A stretch of DNA of 48,690 nt from NCBI GenBank assembly GCA_964494755.1, contig CAZBTL010000002.1, forward strand, positions 1-48,690. The letters run 5' to 3'. The position numbers were made by a program, and so were the translations under genes. This document shows, piece after piece, positions 18,618 to 27,164 of the stretch. The notes under the pieces are model-generated. The model was given only the letters and a program-made list of their open reading frames with translations. It ran no database searches and had not been told where the DNA came from. Each line of letters begins with the position of its first letter. Position 1 is the first letter of the stretch. This DNA comes from an uncultured bacterium. GTDB lineage: Bacteria > Cyanobacteriota > Cyanobacteriia > Leptolyngbyales > Leptolyngbyaceae.

Positions 18618-19007
18618 TTCTACAACCTCCCCAAAGGTGAAGCATGTCTACCTTTAGCTCTAGCCAAGATTGGGCAAATCAATTCTTTGACCTGTGGGGA
18701 GATTTTGAACGAGTTTTCTGAGAAGTTGGTCATTAAACTTAAACTTTCCCAGGAGATGGCCCAAGCAGCAGTTGAAGAGATATGTAGCTTTTCACAAGCG
18801 GTTGAGATAACTACGAAATTGAAGGTAGTGTCTGTTGATCCAGACGACGATAGGGTCATTAAGTGTGCTGTCGTCGGTGGTGCAACTCACACAGCCCCAT
18901 ATGGTACAAAATGGCTCGCTCTATATCAAATTGCCTTCACCGATAGGCGTCGAGCCCATCTTCAGGCACCCTTGATCTTGCCAGACTATTCAAACCCCTG
19001 TTGCTAG
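18618..19007 (+). pseudogene. Remnant of a PIN-domain (TIGR00305-type) toxin gene
   Basis: The frame reads ...LAKIGQINSLTCGEILNEFSEKL...VVSVDPDDDRVIKCAVVGGATH, matching the central and C-proximal part of PIN toxins (S..IL.E...VL; DPDDD..L.CA..G.A). The N-terminal DTN motif and the C-terminal IVTGD..L segment are both missing. Local GC is about 43% in one sampled line. Confidence 0.5.
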
Positions 19008-19086
19008 CAGGTGGAACAAACTAGCAGATACGCTTGGAGTATGATTGTTCGCCCAAGCAAGAGTCGAAACCTATTCAATGTCATCA

Positions 19087-19168
19087 TGGGCAGAGCGAGA
19101 CTCGAACTCGCATGACCGAAGTCGCCGCATTTTGAGTGCGGTGCGTCTACCAATTCCGCCATCCGCCC
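19087..19168 (-). tRNA. tRNA-Leu(CAA)
   Basis: Cloverleaf folded by hand. Acceptor GGGCGGA/TCTGCCC (one G-U pair), anticodon stem CCGCA/TGCGG with loop CTCAAAA, long variable arm GAC-TTCG-GTC, T-arm GCGAG-TTCGAGT-CTCGC, discriminator A. CCA is not encoded. Confidence 0.95.
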
Positions 19169-19185
19169 GCGGATTAAGCTTTTTC

Positions 19186-19191
19186 ATTATA
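19186..19191 (-). promoter_or_regulatory. Candidate -10 box (TATAAT) for tRNA-Leu
   Basis: On the minus strand a perfect TATAAT lies 18-23 nt upstream of the mature tRNA 5' end. A weak -35 (TTCCAA) sits 16 nt further upstream. Confidence 0.4.
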
Positions 19192-19358
19192 CTGAACCAG
19201 GCGCCATTTGGAATAGCCCCTATTCAATCTCAGCATAAATTACCGTTTTCCCCATCTGAGGAGCAGGCCATTCCCAGATGGGACGCTGTTGCCATCTGGT
19301 TCTATCGGTATCTTGATATACTCAGTTATACGAGACTGGTTTTATGGAGGTATTGCAA

Positions 19359-19565
19359 ATGAGTCTACTCTTGGGTGTTGTTGAACATGCCGGCCCCCAT
19401 TTTCCAGTGGCCTTTGTAGCGGTTTATGTAGTGGGCTTTATTGCAGCAGTAACCATCGGTTCAATCGCCTGGTATAACTCCAAACGACCAGTCGGCTGGG
19501 AAGACAAGGAACGTCCCACCATTGTGCCGCAGGTTAAAGCAGGTGATGATTCCTCTAACGCCTAG
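19359..19565 (+). CDS. Small single-helix membrane protein (68 aa), possibly Psb35-like
   Basis: ATG at 19359 lies 9 nt after GGAGG. One transmembrane helix (VAFVAVYVVGFIAAVTIGSIAWY) followed by NSKRPVGWED. The Psb35 resemblance is from memory only. Confidence 0.55.
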   Translation: MSLLLGVVEHAGPHFPVAFVAVYVVGFIAAVTIGSIAWYNSKRPVGWEDKERPTIVPQVKAGDDSSNA

Positions 19566-19567
19566 AC

Positions 19568-20080
19568 TCAGGCATTCAGCTTGGCAATCCAGCTTTGATA
19601 GAGGCTGCGAACAGCTTGTAATAGGGACTCACCCATCTGGGGGGAGCCACTGCTTGCCTCTAGCTGCTGCAAGTTGCTGAGCAGTCTGGCCTCTTCAGTG
19701 GCAACATTGCCATCACTGTAGATTAACCCACTCAGCGCTTCCAGTAGTTGCTGACAGCTTTCTGCAGTGGGGCGATCGCCCAGATATTCATGCATCCATT
19801 GATAACATTCTTCTGGCTTTACTGACCGTAGTTCATTTAATAGGGGTTGAATTTCCGGGTCGTCGGCAACCCCTTTTTCCTGCGCAATCTGGCGGAGATA
19901 CTGGCGTTCCTCCGGCTGGATTTTGCCATCAATCCAGGCCGTACCAATCAAGATCTTGACCAGGTTTTTGACACTCAATTCTGCTTTCATGGCGTAATTA
20001 CCGGTTAAGGGCAAAACCCGCCGCATTGACAGGATCTTGCTGACTGTTGCCACTTTAGCGCGTTCAGTTCCGATCTGCAC
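19568..20080 (-). CDS. TerB-family (tellurite-resistance TerB-like) protein
   Basis: The pattern KILIGTAWIDGKIQPEERQYL...LSGLIYSDGNVATEEARLL matches the TerB-like helical repeat. It begins 6 nt downstream of rsmB. Confidence 0.7.
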   Translation of the reverse strand: MQIGTERAKVATVSKILSMRRVLPLTGNYAMKAELSVKNLVKILIGTAWIDGKIQPEERQYLRQIAQEKGVADDPEIQPLLNELRSVKPEECYQWMHEYLGDRPTAESCQQLLEALSGLIYSDGNVATEEARLLSNLQQLEASSGSPQMGESLLQAVRSLYQSWIAKLNA

Positions 20081-20086
20081 TCTTGC

Positions 20087-21445
20087 TTAAACTTGGCGTA
20101 ACCGAACCACAAAAAAGCCATCCATTTGATGACGATGGGGCCAGATTTTGACCCAACCCTCTGGAGTAACAAAAGCCGTCGCCGGGGAACCGAGGTCAGG
20201 CGGTTCTAACTGCCAGTTGGGATGTTGGGCCAAAAACCGCTGGATTTGCTGTTCGTTTTCAGCCGGATGCAGGGTGCAGGTGGCGTAGACCAGACAACCG
20301 CCTGGCTTGACCCAGGTGGAACACTGCTCCAACAATTCTGCCTGCAATTGGGTCAATTCCTGTACCGAATCCGGGGTCTGTCGCCAGCGAGCATCGGCAT
20401 GGCGATTCAGGGTGCCCAAGCCAGAACAAGGGACATCCAATAACACCCGATCGCACTGATGGGCCAGGTGGGATAACTGGCGACTATCACCCTGACTGAT
20501 CTGGATGGATTGCAGGCCCAGGCGATCGCGGTTTTGTTTCAATTTCTTTAACCGGGAAGCAGTGCGATCGCAAGCCCAGACCGTGCCGCGATCGTGCATC
20601 AGTTCAGCCAGATGCAGAGTCTTGCCACCGGGCGCAGCACAGGCATCGGCAATCACTTCACCCGCCTGGGGATTCACCAGATAAGCCACCAATTGGGCAC
20701 TAGCATCCTGCACCATCCACCAGCCTTCGTCAAAGCCAGGTAACTGGGTCACCGCCCCCCCGTGGGTAGTCAACCGCAGAGCTGTCGGCAAAGGTGGCAG
20801 GGGTTGAACCCTCACACCAGCCGCTTCCATCGCCTGTTGCACCTGTTCCACGGTGGCCCGCAGAAGATTCACTCGCAAGTCGATCGCCGGTGGTTGGTTC
20901 AGCCACTGACAGAGGCGTTCCGTTTCTTGATAGCCCGTTTCTCCAGCCCCCAGTTGCTCCAGCCAGATCCGCACAATCCAGTCGGGATAGCTGTGTCGCA
21001 ACCCTAATCGCTGAATGGGATCGTCCGGCAGTTGCAACGGATCAGCATCCTGTTCCGACAGGCGGATATATTGCCGCAAAATGCCATTCACGACGGCGGC
21101 CAATCCGCCCAGTTGATTCAGCTTGGCCAGTTCCACAGTGGTGTCAACAGCCGCAGCGGCTGGAATCTGCTGGAGATAGCGTAACTGATACAGTCCTAAA
21201 CGCAGCAAAAGACGCAGATCGGCAGGCTGCTGACTGGCGGGTTTGGTCGCTAACTGATTGATCAATGCATCCAGGGTTCGCTGTCTCCGTACACTGCCAT
21301 ACACCAATTCAGTGACTAATCGGCGATCTAGCGGTGTCAAACCTGTTGCCTGTAGCACCTTATCCAGCGCCACATCGGCAAACGCCCCCCGCTCAATGGC
21401 TCGCAGGGCAAGAAAGGCTGATTGGCGGGAAGATTGGGCCACCAC
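20087..21445 (-). CDS. rsmB: 16S rRNA (cytosine-C5)-methyltransferase RsmB
   Basis: NusB-like N-terminal domain, SAM motif DACAAPGGKT, and catalytic motifs LLDVPCSGLGT and YATCTL. GTG start. Confidence 0.9.
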   Translation of the reverse strand: MVAQSSRQSAFLALRAIERGAFADVALDKVLQATGLTPLDRRLVTELVYGSVRRQRTLDALINQLATKPASQQPADLRLLLRLGLYQLRYLQQIPAAAAVDTTVELAKLNQLGGLAAVVNGILRQYIRLSEQDADPLQLPDDPIQRLGLRHSYPDWIVRIWLEQLGAGETGYQETERLCQWLNQPPAIDLRVNLLRATVEQVQQAMEAAGVRVQPLPPLPTALRLTTHGGAVTQLPGFDEGWWMVQDASAQLVAYLVNPQAGEVIADACAAPGGKTLHLAELMHDRGTVWACDRTASRLKKLKQNRDRLGLQSIQISQGDSRQLSHLAHQCDRVLLDVPCSGLGTLNRHADARWRQTPDSVQELTQLQAELLEQCSTWVKPGGCLVYATCTLHPAENEQQIQRFLAQHPNWQLEPPDLGSPATAFVTPEGWVKIWPHRHQMDGFFVVRLRQV

Positions 21446-21661
21446 TTAAAAAATAACTGGAAATAAATTACTGGGCGATCTCAATCTGCTTAAGGCATTA
21501 AATCCAACGCCCCAAGCCAGATCGGGCATCGAAATATAGCAGTTCTCGCTGGCGTGAGGTGCATAGACAAGCCTATTTCGACACTGTTGATTGCGCAGCA
21601 GGCAGGCCTGTTCCTGGGTCCAGGTGTAAAAGTCAGTCCCGTAGAGGTTCAAGACTGGCAT
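21446..21661 (-). pseudogene. Possible truncated DUF29-family gene remnant
   Basis: From Met at 21661 the frame reads MPVLNLYGTDFYTWTQEQACLLRNQQ, matching the DUF29 N-terminus (LYE.DFY.WT..QA.LLR). The rest is unrelated and ends directly at the rsmB start. Confidence 0.35.
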
Positions 21662-21888
21662 CGGTTGATTCGTTGGTGGTGGGTTTGCTTCGGTCCTGGA
21701 CATCTGATTGATCCAACCCAATAGACTGATTGTAGAATCTTCCCTCATCAGCGATCGCCTTTCTGCTAAGGACTGTAGCCCTACTGATCGCAGAGCAACT
21801 ACCCCTGGCAACCAGAAAACCCAATCAACATAAATGAATCTGGGCCCTTATTCGCCCTCATGTTCCGGCTTGAACGGATAGCCACTGT

Positions 21889-22731
21889 TTAGGATTCGAC
21901 GCTTTTGACCAACTGATCCAGTTCTTGCTGCATGCTGGAACATACCTGCTGATAGCATTGCTGGACATAAGCCCGGTCGGCAGCAGCGGCAGGACCGTAC
22001 CATTCAAAGCGAATGGGGGGACAAATGTGCGTATAGAGTTGGACTGGCAGAGGGATATGGGGCAGGGGGCCGATCGCTAACCCCCAGGGCAACCCCAGAT
22101 AGACGGGAAAGACCTGGGGATCCAAGCCAAAGGGCCAAGGCAGGCCCATCTGATTGAGCTGTTGCAGATGAGGATACAGATCATCCAGAACCAGCAGGGT
22201 GTCGTGGGCTCCGTGGGAAATGACTGGAATAATCGGCACCTTTTCCCGCAGCGCCAGTTTGATAAAAGCCCGATTTTCCTGAAAATAAATCTGGTGCCGC
22301 AGGGAATGAGGCCGAAACACATCCCGCGGGCCACCCGGATAAACCAGCACGCTACAGCCCTTCCGCAAAGCCGCGATCGCCATCTTGGGGTGGGCCACTA
22401 CCGCACCAACTTTGGCGGCCAGTTGGGCCACAGCAGGCGCTTGCTGCCAGACCAGCGAGTGCATCAGACCATAGACCGGATGGCTGTAGCCAAAGCGGCG
22501 AAACCAGTCATACATCATCATGAACATATCCGGTGCAGCCAGCCCACCATTGTGGGATCCGACAAATAACACAGGCCGCTCCGGTGAAACATGCTGCCAA
22601 CCACTGGTCTGGACCCGAAAATAGAAGTGATATAACCCCGCCCAGAGGGGCATCAAAGACTGGATCACGCGGGGATCGCGCTGGTCAAGGGACCAACCAA
22701 GTTTGGACTGAGGGTGAGATGGAACGGACAT
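21889..22731 (-). CDS. Lysophospholipid / glycerolipid acyltransferase family protein
   Basis: The block LFVGSHNGGLAAPD (acyltransferase motif I-like), then VYPGGPRD...FIKLALREKVPIIPV, is typical of the PlsC/LPLAT superfamily. Confidence 0.75.
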   Translation of the reverse strand: MSVPSHPQSKLGWSLDQRDPRVIQSLMPLWAGLYHFYFRVQTSGWQHVSPERPVLFVGSHNGGLAAPDMFMMMYDWFRRFGYSHPVYGLMHSLVWQQAPAVAQLAAKVGAVVAHPKMAIAALRKGCSVLVYPGGPRDVFRPHSLRHQIYFQENRAFIKLALREKVPIIPVISHGAHDTLLVLDDLYPHLQQLNQMGLPWPFGLDPQVFPVYLGLPWGLAIGPLPHIPLPVQLYTHICPPIRFEWYGPAAAADRAYVQQCYQQVCSSMQQELDQLVKSVES

Positions 22732-22801
22732 CGGGGGATTCTATCAGGGTTTGTCGAGGTGAGGCAATGCCTGATGGCAAGCTGGCATCCCCGCCCTTGA
22801 C

Positions 22802-23395
22802 TTACTCCCTAGGCAAGCGAGGGAAGGGATGGAGCCAGGTTCGACTAATAGCCCAATCGATCGCCAGGCGGGCCGAGACAAACAACAGCAGACTTTCGAG
22901 CCCCATCAGTCCTAGCAATAGCAGGTTCGGTTCTGTCTGCAAACCCGGTTCAATCTGGGCCAGTCCACGCACCAACCCAAAAGCCAGCACAGCACCAGAC
23001 TTGAGATGGGGATTGGCATCCCGACGGATGACATAGCGATAGGTGACGCCAAACAGGAAGCCAGACAGCAGCACGATCGCCAGACTCACCCCAGGGGCAT
23101 AGGCCACTGCCAGTTGCCTTGGCCCGGACAAGGAAAACGCTGGCCGTAGCCAGACCTGATGCAACCAGAGAGTCAGGGCAAATCCAGCCGCAGCCGCGAT
23201 CGCACCAATCAGACCAGCCTTCGCAGACTCCAACCGTTCTGCCAGATCTGCCGATAAAATCCGTTTCAGGAACGAGTTGGTTTCTTCTGGTTCCAGCAGT
23301 GATGTCATTGGACCCTCCGACGGTTTGCGAACAGGCAGCCGTTCCTTTCGGTCTGATGCCTCTTCTTGCAGCCACTTTGAATTATGATCGTTCAT
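22802..23395 (-). CDS. Hypothetical integral membrane protein
   Basis: Four predicted hydrophobic helices. I chose Met at 23395 because the longer track ORF (to 23509) would overlap petN on the other strand. Met at 23308 is an alternative start. Confidence 0.6.
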   Translation of the reverse strand: MNDHNSKWLQEEASDRKERLPVRKPSEGPMTSLLEPEETNSFLKRILSADLAERLESAKAGLIGAIAAAAGFALTLWLHQVWLRPAFSLSGPRQLAVAYAPGVSLAIVLLSGFLFGVTYRYVIRRDANPHLKSGAVLAFGLVRGLAQIEPGLQTEPNLLLLGLMGLESLLLFVSARLAIDWAISRTWLHPFPRLPRE

Positions 23396-23429
23396 GCAGT
23401 CACATTGAACACGGGTTCGATCAATAAAC

Positions 23430-23519
23430 ATGGATATTCTGACATTTGGTTGGGTTGCCCTGTTGGGAGTTTTCACGTTTTCCATTGCGCTGGTTGTTTG
23501 GGGCCGCAACGGGTTCTGA
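23430..23519 (+). CDS. petN: Cytochrome b6f complex subunit 8 (PetN), 29 aa
   Basis: Translation [29 protein letters not shown] is near-identical in pattern to PetN (MDI...GW....F..S...VVWGRNGF). It is below the 60-aa cutoff of the supplied ORF track. Confidence 0.9.
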   Translation: MDILTFGWVALLGVFTFSIALVVWGRNGF

Positions 23520-23595
23520 TTGCAAGCTGGGTTTCAGCTTAAAATTCCATTGCTTGCTCCGTTTCATCCCGATTGACCAGAGATAAGGAATCATT

Positions 23596-23754
23596 GTGGA
23601 AACCTCTGTCTTTAGTGTTCTGGTCCTAGTTACGTTTTTCCTGCTGGTGTTGGTCACTGGGGGGATTGGCTATCTCACCCTGGTTGATTGGCGCGATCGC
23701 CGCCGCCAGGATAAGGAATTACGGGAAACCCGGGCCAGCCGCAAAAAAAAATAG
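23596..23754 (+). CDS. Unannotated 52-aa single-helix membrane ORF downstream of petN
   Basis: GTG at 23596 lies 6 nt after AAGGAA. It encodes METSVFSVLVLVTFFLLVLVTGGIGYLTLVDWRDRRRQDKELRETRASRKKK, a hydrophobic helix plus a strongly basic tail. The stop overlaps the terminator stem. No terminator separates it from petN. Confidence 0.5.
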   Translation: METSVFSVLVLVTFFLLVLVTGGIGYLTLVDWRDRRRQDKELRETRASRKKK

Positions 23755-23783
23755 GGGCGGTCATGCGCTCGCCCCTATTTTTT
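23753..23783 (+). terminator. Rho-independent terminator of the petN unit
   Basis: Stem AGGGGCG (23753-23759) / CGCCCCT (23770-23776), 10-nt loop, then ATTTTTT. Confidence 0.75.
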
Positions 23784-23802
23784 AACAACCGCCGCCACGC
23801 TG

Positions 23803-24186
23803 GTGCAGCAACAGGGCATCGCAACTGGAGTCGTGTTCTTTCCAGAAGCAAATCAGGCCGTCGGCAAGGGATTTGACTCACGCCTGCAACGCTGGGAACG
23901 TTTCCCCGCTTCGCTGGAATGGCGCCCTATGGCCTATGGCATTTGTGGAGAAGCCAGTTGCATTGTGAATCAGGTGCAAAAAGTGCTCACTCAGGCTCCA
24001 ACCGGAACCAAAGTCATACCTGTTCTGGTAGGCAACTGGGGGCAGTCAACCGCCAAACGGCCTTCCTTAGAGGGACAAATGCAAGCCCTGAAATCCCTTT
24101 CGCCGCCGATTCAGGGAACCAGTCATTTTTCTTTTGGCTGGCAAACTCCTCAATGGGAACGAGATCGCAAATTCTGCCAACTTTAA
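23803..24186 (+). pseudogene. C-terminal-fragment-like ORF, possibly a remnant of a GHL10/DUF187-type glycoside-hydrolase-like gene
   Basis: The frame opens immediately after the petN-unit terminator, with no SD and a GTG start. The sequence ...VVFF...EWRPMAYGICGEASCIVNQVQKV...KVIPVLVG...RPSLEGQMQAL...SHFSFGW resembles my recollection of the last ~125 aa of ~400-aa cyanobacterial family-10-like glycosylhydrolases. Confidence 0.35.
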
Positions 24187-24311
24187 CAGGCAATGGTCTG
24201 ACGATGATTAATTAGGATCATTACCCTCCTTCATCGATTCAATTATTCTATCCTTCCCCCGATCAGGATTTTGAAGGGAATTTCAGAAAGATTTCAGGGG
24301 GATGATTATAG

Positions 24312-26735
24312 CTACTGCTGATGGTGGGTTGCCAGTAGCTGTTGGGCTCTGGGCTTTACTAACAGATGAAATAGCGCCTCGATGTAGCGCAGCATGTCCT
24401 CACGGTTTTCCTGGGAGGTGTAATTCCAAAATCCATAAATGCGAGCTAAGGATAGCAAACGGGTGGTATGAATTTTCCAGGTATAGGTACTGTAAACCCG
24501 ATCAATAGCCCGTTTGGAAATCTCTTGCCAGTAGTGAGGATGCTGATCACATTGGTGAATAAATGCCAGGATCTTGTCTGCCATCTCCTCTAAGTGTGTG
24601 GGGTTAATATAAAAGCCATTACTGCCATCCTGAATGATTTCTAATGGGCCGCCAAAACGAGTCGCGAAAGTAGGCAGCCCACTGATCATGGCCTCCAAAA
24701 TAGTTAAACCAAAGGCTTCAAACAAGGCCGGTTGGATAAAAATTCCTTGGCGATCTGCAATTAAGCGATACACTTCGCCAGACTCAGTTTTAGACAAACG
24801 TACACCTAGCCAGCGAACTTTGCCATGTAGGTTATATTGCTCAATCATGCGATACATCTTTTCAATTTCGTCAGCTTCCTCGCGATCGCTGCTTTCTTCA
24901 ACCCGCAACTTACCAGCAATTAAAATCAGGTTACAACGGGCTTGCAATTCTGTATTACGACCAAAACACTCCACTAAGCCCGTCAGATTTTTGATCCGAT
25001 CCAGACGGGCCATCGAAAAGAGGGGGCGTTTCTGGAGATCATCCAGGGAACCATATACCTGATTGTCATCAACCAAGGTAAACAGTAACTCTTCTAACCG
25101 AACTTGCTCCCCTGACAACCTGTCATGGGTCTTGGAGAAAGGGAAAAAGTAGGACTCATTGACTCCAGGAGGTACAACATTAAACTTAGGGCTGTACAAT
25201 TCGATCCCACTCACCACATGGTAAAGCTCTGGCATGGTGAAACATTGATAAGACTCGTATTGACCCACACTATCTGGAGTTCCCACAATCTCCTGATAAG
25301 TGCTGCTGACAATGAAATTGGCTGCATTCATCGTCAGCAAATCAACCGTGAACTGCAATGAGAAATGATATTTATCTTCCAGATCCTGCCAGTAGAGATT
25401 ACTAAACAGATATTTAGATTTCTCTAAGGCATGGGCAATCGTACAATAAATGACTTTGAGATGGCGCGCCAGCAGAAAGGCCACTAAATTGCCATCAGAA
25501 TAATTACCCACAATCAAATCCGGTCGCCCTTGCAACTCCGCCAATAGTTCGCGCTCCGCATCAATTGCAAAAGTTTCTAAGTAGGGCCAGATTTCAAACC
25601 GAGAGATCCAGTTCTGAGTTATAGCAGGATTGCATTCTCGGAATGGAACCCGCAAAATCCAAGCATCTACTGTGCCGTAAATCTTCTCCAACCGTTGATT
25701 GCATCGAGTTCCATCACTATTGGGAATTAACCGGGTTAAAATAACAACTTTGGGATGAACATTCAGCACATCCAGACCCGCTAAAGCAATGTCTTCCTGG
25801 AGTTGCTGTTCCAGACTTTTTGCCTGATCCAAGACATAAACCACCTGACCACCAGTGTCAGGTCGCCCCAGTACTCCTTCCTGACCAAACCAACCATGGG
25901 GTGACACCAAAACAATCCGAAATACCATGGGGATTCGCGAGAGAAATGCTTCCAAGGTTTGGTGGTCTGGCGAGTCCATCAGACTATCTAATAATTCTAG
26001 AGATTCCCGTACTCGACCAGCCGTATTGCCCCATCCTGGTTCAAAGCCCATGCTTTGGAAATCAAAACGGAAATTAGCAAAAAGCTCATCAGTTGGTCGT
26101 TCACTAACCCAAGCAAGGGCTTGCTTGATCTGATTAGAAAGTTGCTCCTGGTTACGAATACGCTCATTAATTAGTAATTGGATTCCATCATAGGTATGGA
26201 GACTGAGAAATTGGAAGAGCGATTCAAGCCATTGGCCTGGATCTTGAAAAAGCTTGCTGGATAAGTAGCGATTCAGGAACTGCACCCCTTTGCCAATATT
26301 CTTAGGGTCGCGAATTCGCGGAGTGTAATCATAGAAGGGATAGAAATCAATTTCCAGCAAATCTCCTTCATCCGGATGGGAACGGTTCACCAGACGATCT
26401 CGCAGGTCGAGCAATTCCTGAACGGTCATAGTTTCAATGGACAAATCTTCGGCAATCAGAAAGACCTGTTGTTCAGCAATTTTAGGTCGTACAACCAGAC
26501 AGCAGCTTTCCTTTTCAAGAATGATTTCTTGAGTGTAATGGATGAGTTTTCCTAACTGAGAAGCAAAAAAGAATGAATCGGGCTTTTTCTGATCTAAACA
26601 GTATTTAGCAAATTCAGATAAAATGTCATTTCGCAGCAAGTAGATTTTTTCCTGCTGATGTCGCAACCAGTGTATAAATTGCTCCAGATCAACTCTTTCC
26701 TCATTCCGCACAATCGATCGAATGAGTTCAATCAT
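24312..26735 (-). CDS. susA: Sucrose synthase (GT4), 807 aa
   Basis: Sucrose-synthase N-terminal domain (LRNDILSEF...; IGKGVQFLNRYLSSKLF) plus the GT-B catalytic core (VLVSPHGWFGQEGVLGRPDTGGQVVYVLDQ...; EAFGLTILEAMISGLPTFAT). ATG at 26735 lies 7 nt after GAGGAG. Confidence 0.9.
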   Translation of the reverse strand: MIELIRSIVRNEERVDLEQFIHWLRHQQEKIYLLRNDILSEFAKYCLDQKKPDSFFFASQLGKLIHYTQEIILEKESCCLVVRPKIAEQQVFLIAEDLSIETMTVQELLDLRDRLVNRSHPDEGDLLEIDFYPFYDYTPRIRDPKNIGKGVQFLNRYLSSKLFQDPGQWLESLFQFLSLHTYDGIQLLINERIRNQEQLSNQIKQALAWVSERPTDELFANFRFDFQSMGFEPGWGNTAGRVRESLELLDSLMDSPDHQTLEAFLSRIPMVFRIVLVSPHGWFGQEGVLGRPDTGGQVVYVLDQAKSLEQQLQEDIALAGLDVLNVHPKVVILTRLIPNSDGTRCNQRLEKIYGTVDAWILRVPFRECNPAITQNWISRFEIWPYLETFAIDAERELLAELQGRPDLIVGNYSDGNLVAFLLARHLKVIYCTIAHALEKSKYLFSNLYWQDLEDKYHFSLQFTVDLLTMNAANFIVSSTYQEIVGTPDSVGQYESYQCFTMPELYHVVSGIELYSPKFNVVPPGVNESYFFPFSKTHDRLSGEQVRLEELLFTLVDDNQVYGSLDDLQKRPLFSMARLDRIKNLTGLVECFGRNTELQARCNLILIAGKLRVEESSDREEADEIEKMYRMIEQYNLHGKVRWLGVRLSKTESGEVYRLIADRQGIFIQPALFEAFGLTILEAMISGLPTFATRFGGPLEIIQDGSNGFYINPTHLEEMADKILAFIHQCDQHPHYWQEISKRAIDRVYSTYTWKIHTTRLLSLARIYGFWNYTSQENREDMLRYIEALFHLLVKPRAQQLLATHHQQ

Positions 26736-27164
26736 CAATTTGCTCCTCAAACTAATTTAGCAGCCAAATCAGCACATGGTAATCTGATCAGAATTGTGAA
26801 AGGTTTGTACCGGAAATCCTTGTCACCAGGTTCTATTGCTGTAGTTGACTGACGATAACCCTGCTATTTTCTGAAATTACTCCAGTTGTCCATCCAAATC
26901 ATTGAAAACTTTATAAAACTTGGATGGAAGGGATTAAACAGCCTTGTTTCATTCCTCTTTAAGAAAGCTAACTTGAGTTGAGGACTTGTTTCAGACGTTC
27001 TTTAGAAAATAAAGTTCCATTGTAGGTCAATAATTCCAGATCTGTTTACAAATTACTCCTGTGGTGACTAAATTAGCCATTGCCTGAATTCAATTCGTCC
27101 TGACCAGCAATTTATCAGTGTGAAGTACGTTCAACAGTGACATGGACAATCAGGACTGGCAATC

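Noticed and set aside
19045-19362. 105-aa + strand ORF
   Set aside because: It is antisense to and fully overlaps tRNA-Leu(CAA) and its promoter. It is an artefact.
23421-23881. Two minus-strand ORFs (78 aa and 68 aa) and the N-terminal 38 codons of the 22802-23509 ORF
   Set aside because: They overlap petN, the 52-aa sORF and their terminator on the + strand. The + strand features have much stronger support (PetN identity, SD, terminator).
24312-26750. HIP1 depletion as extra evidence that susA is foreign
   Set aside because: By eye susA has one GCGATCGC in 2.4 kb, but purL has only three and the U32 gene two. The difference is not meaningful without genome-wide statistics.
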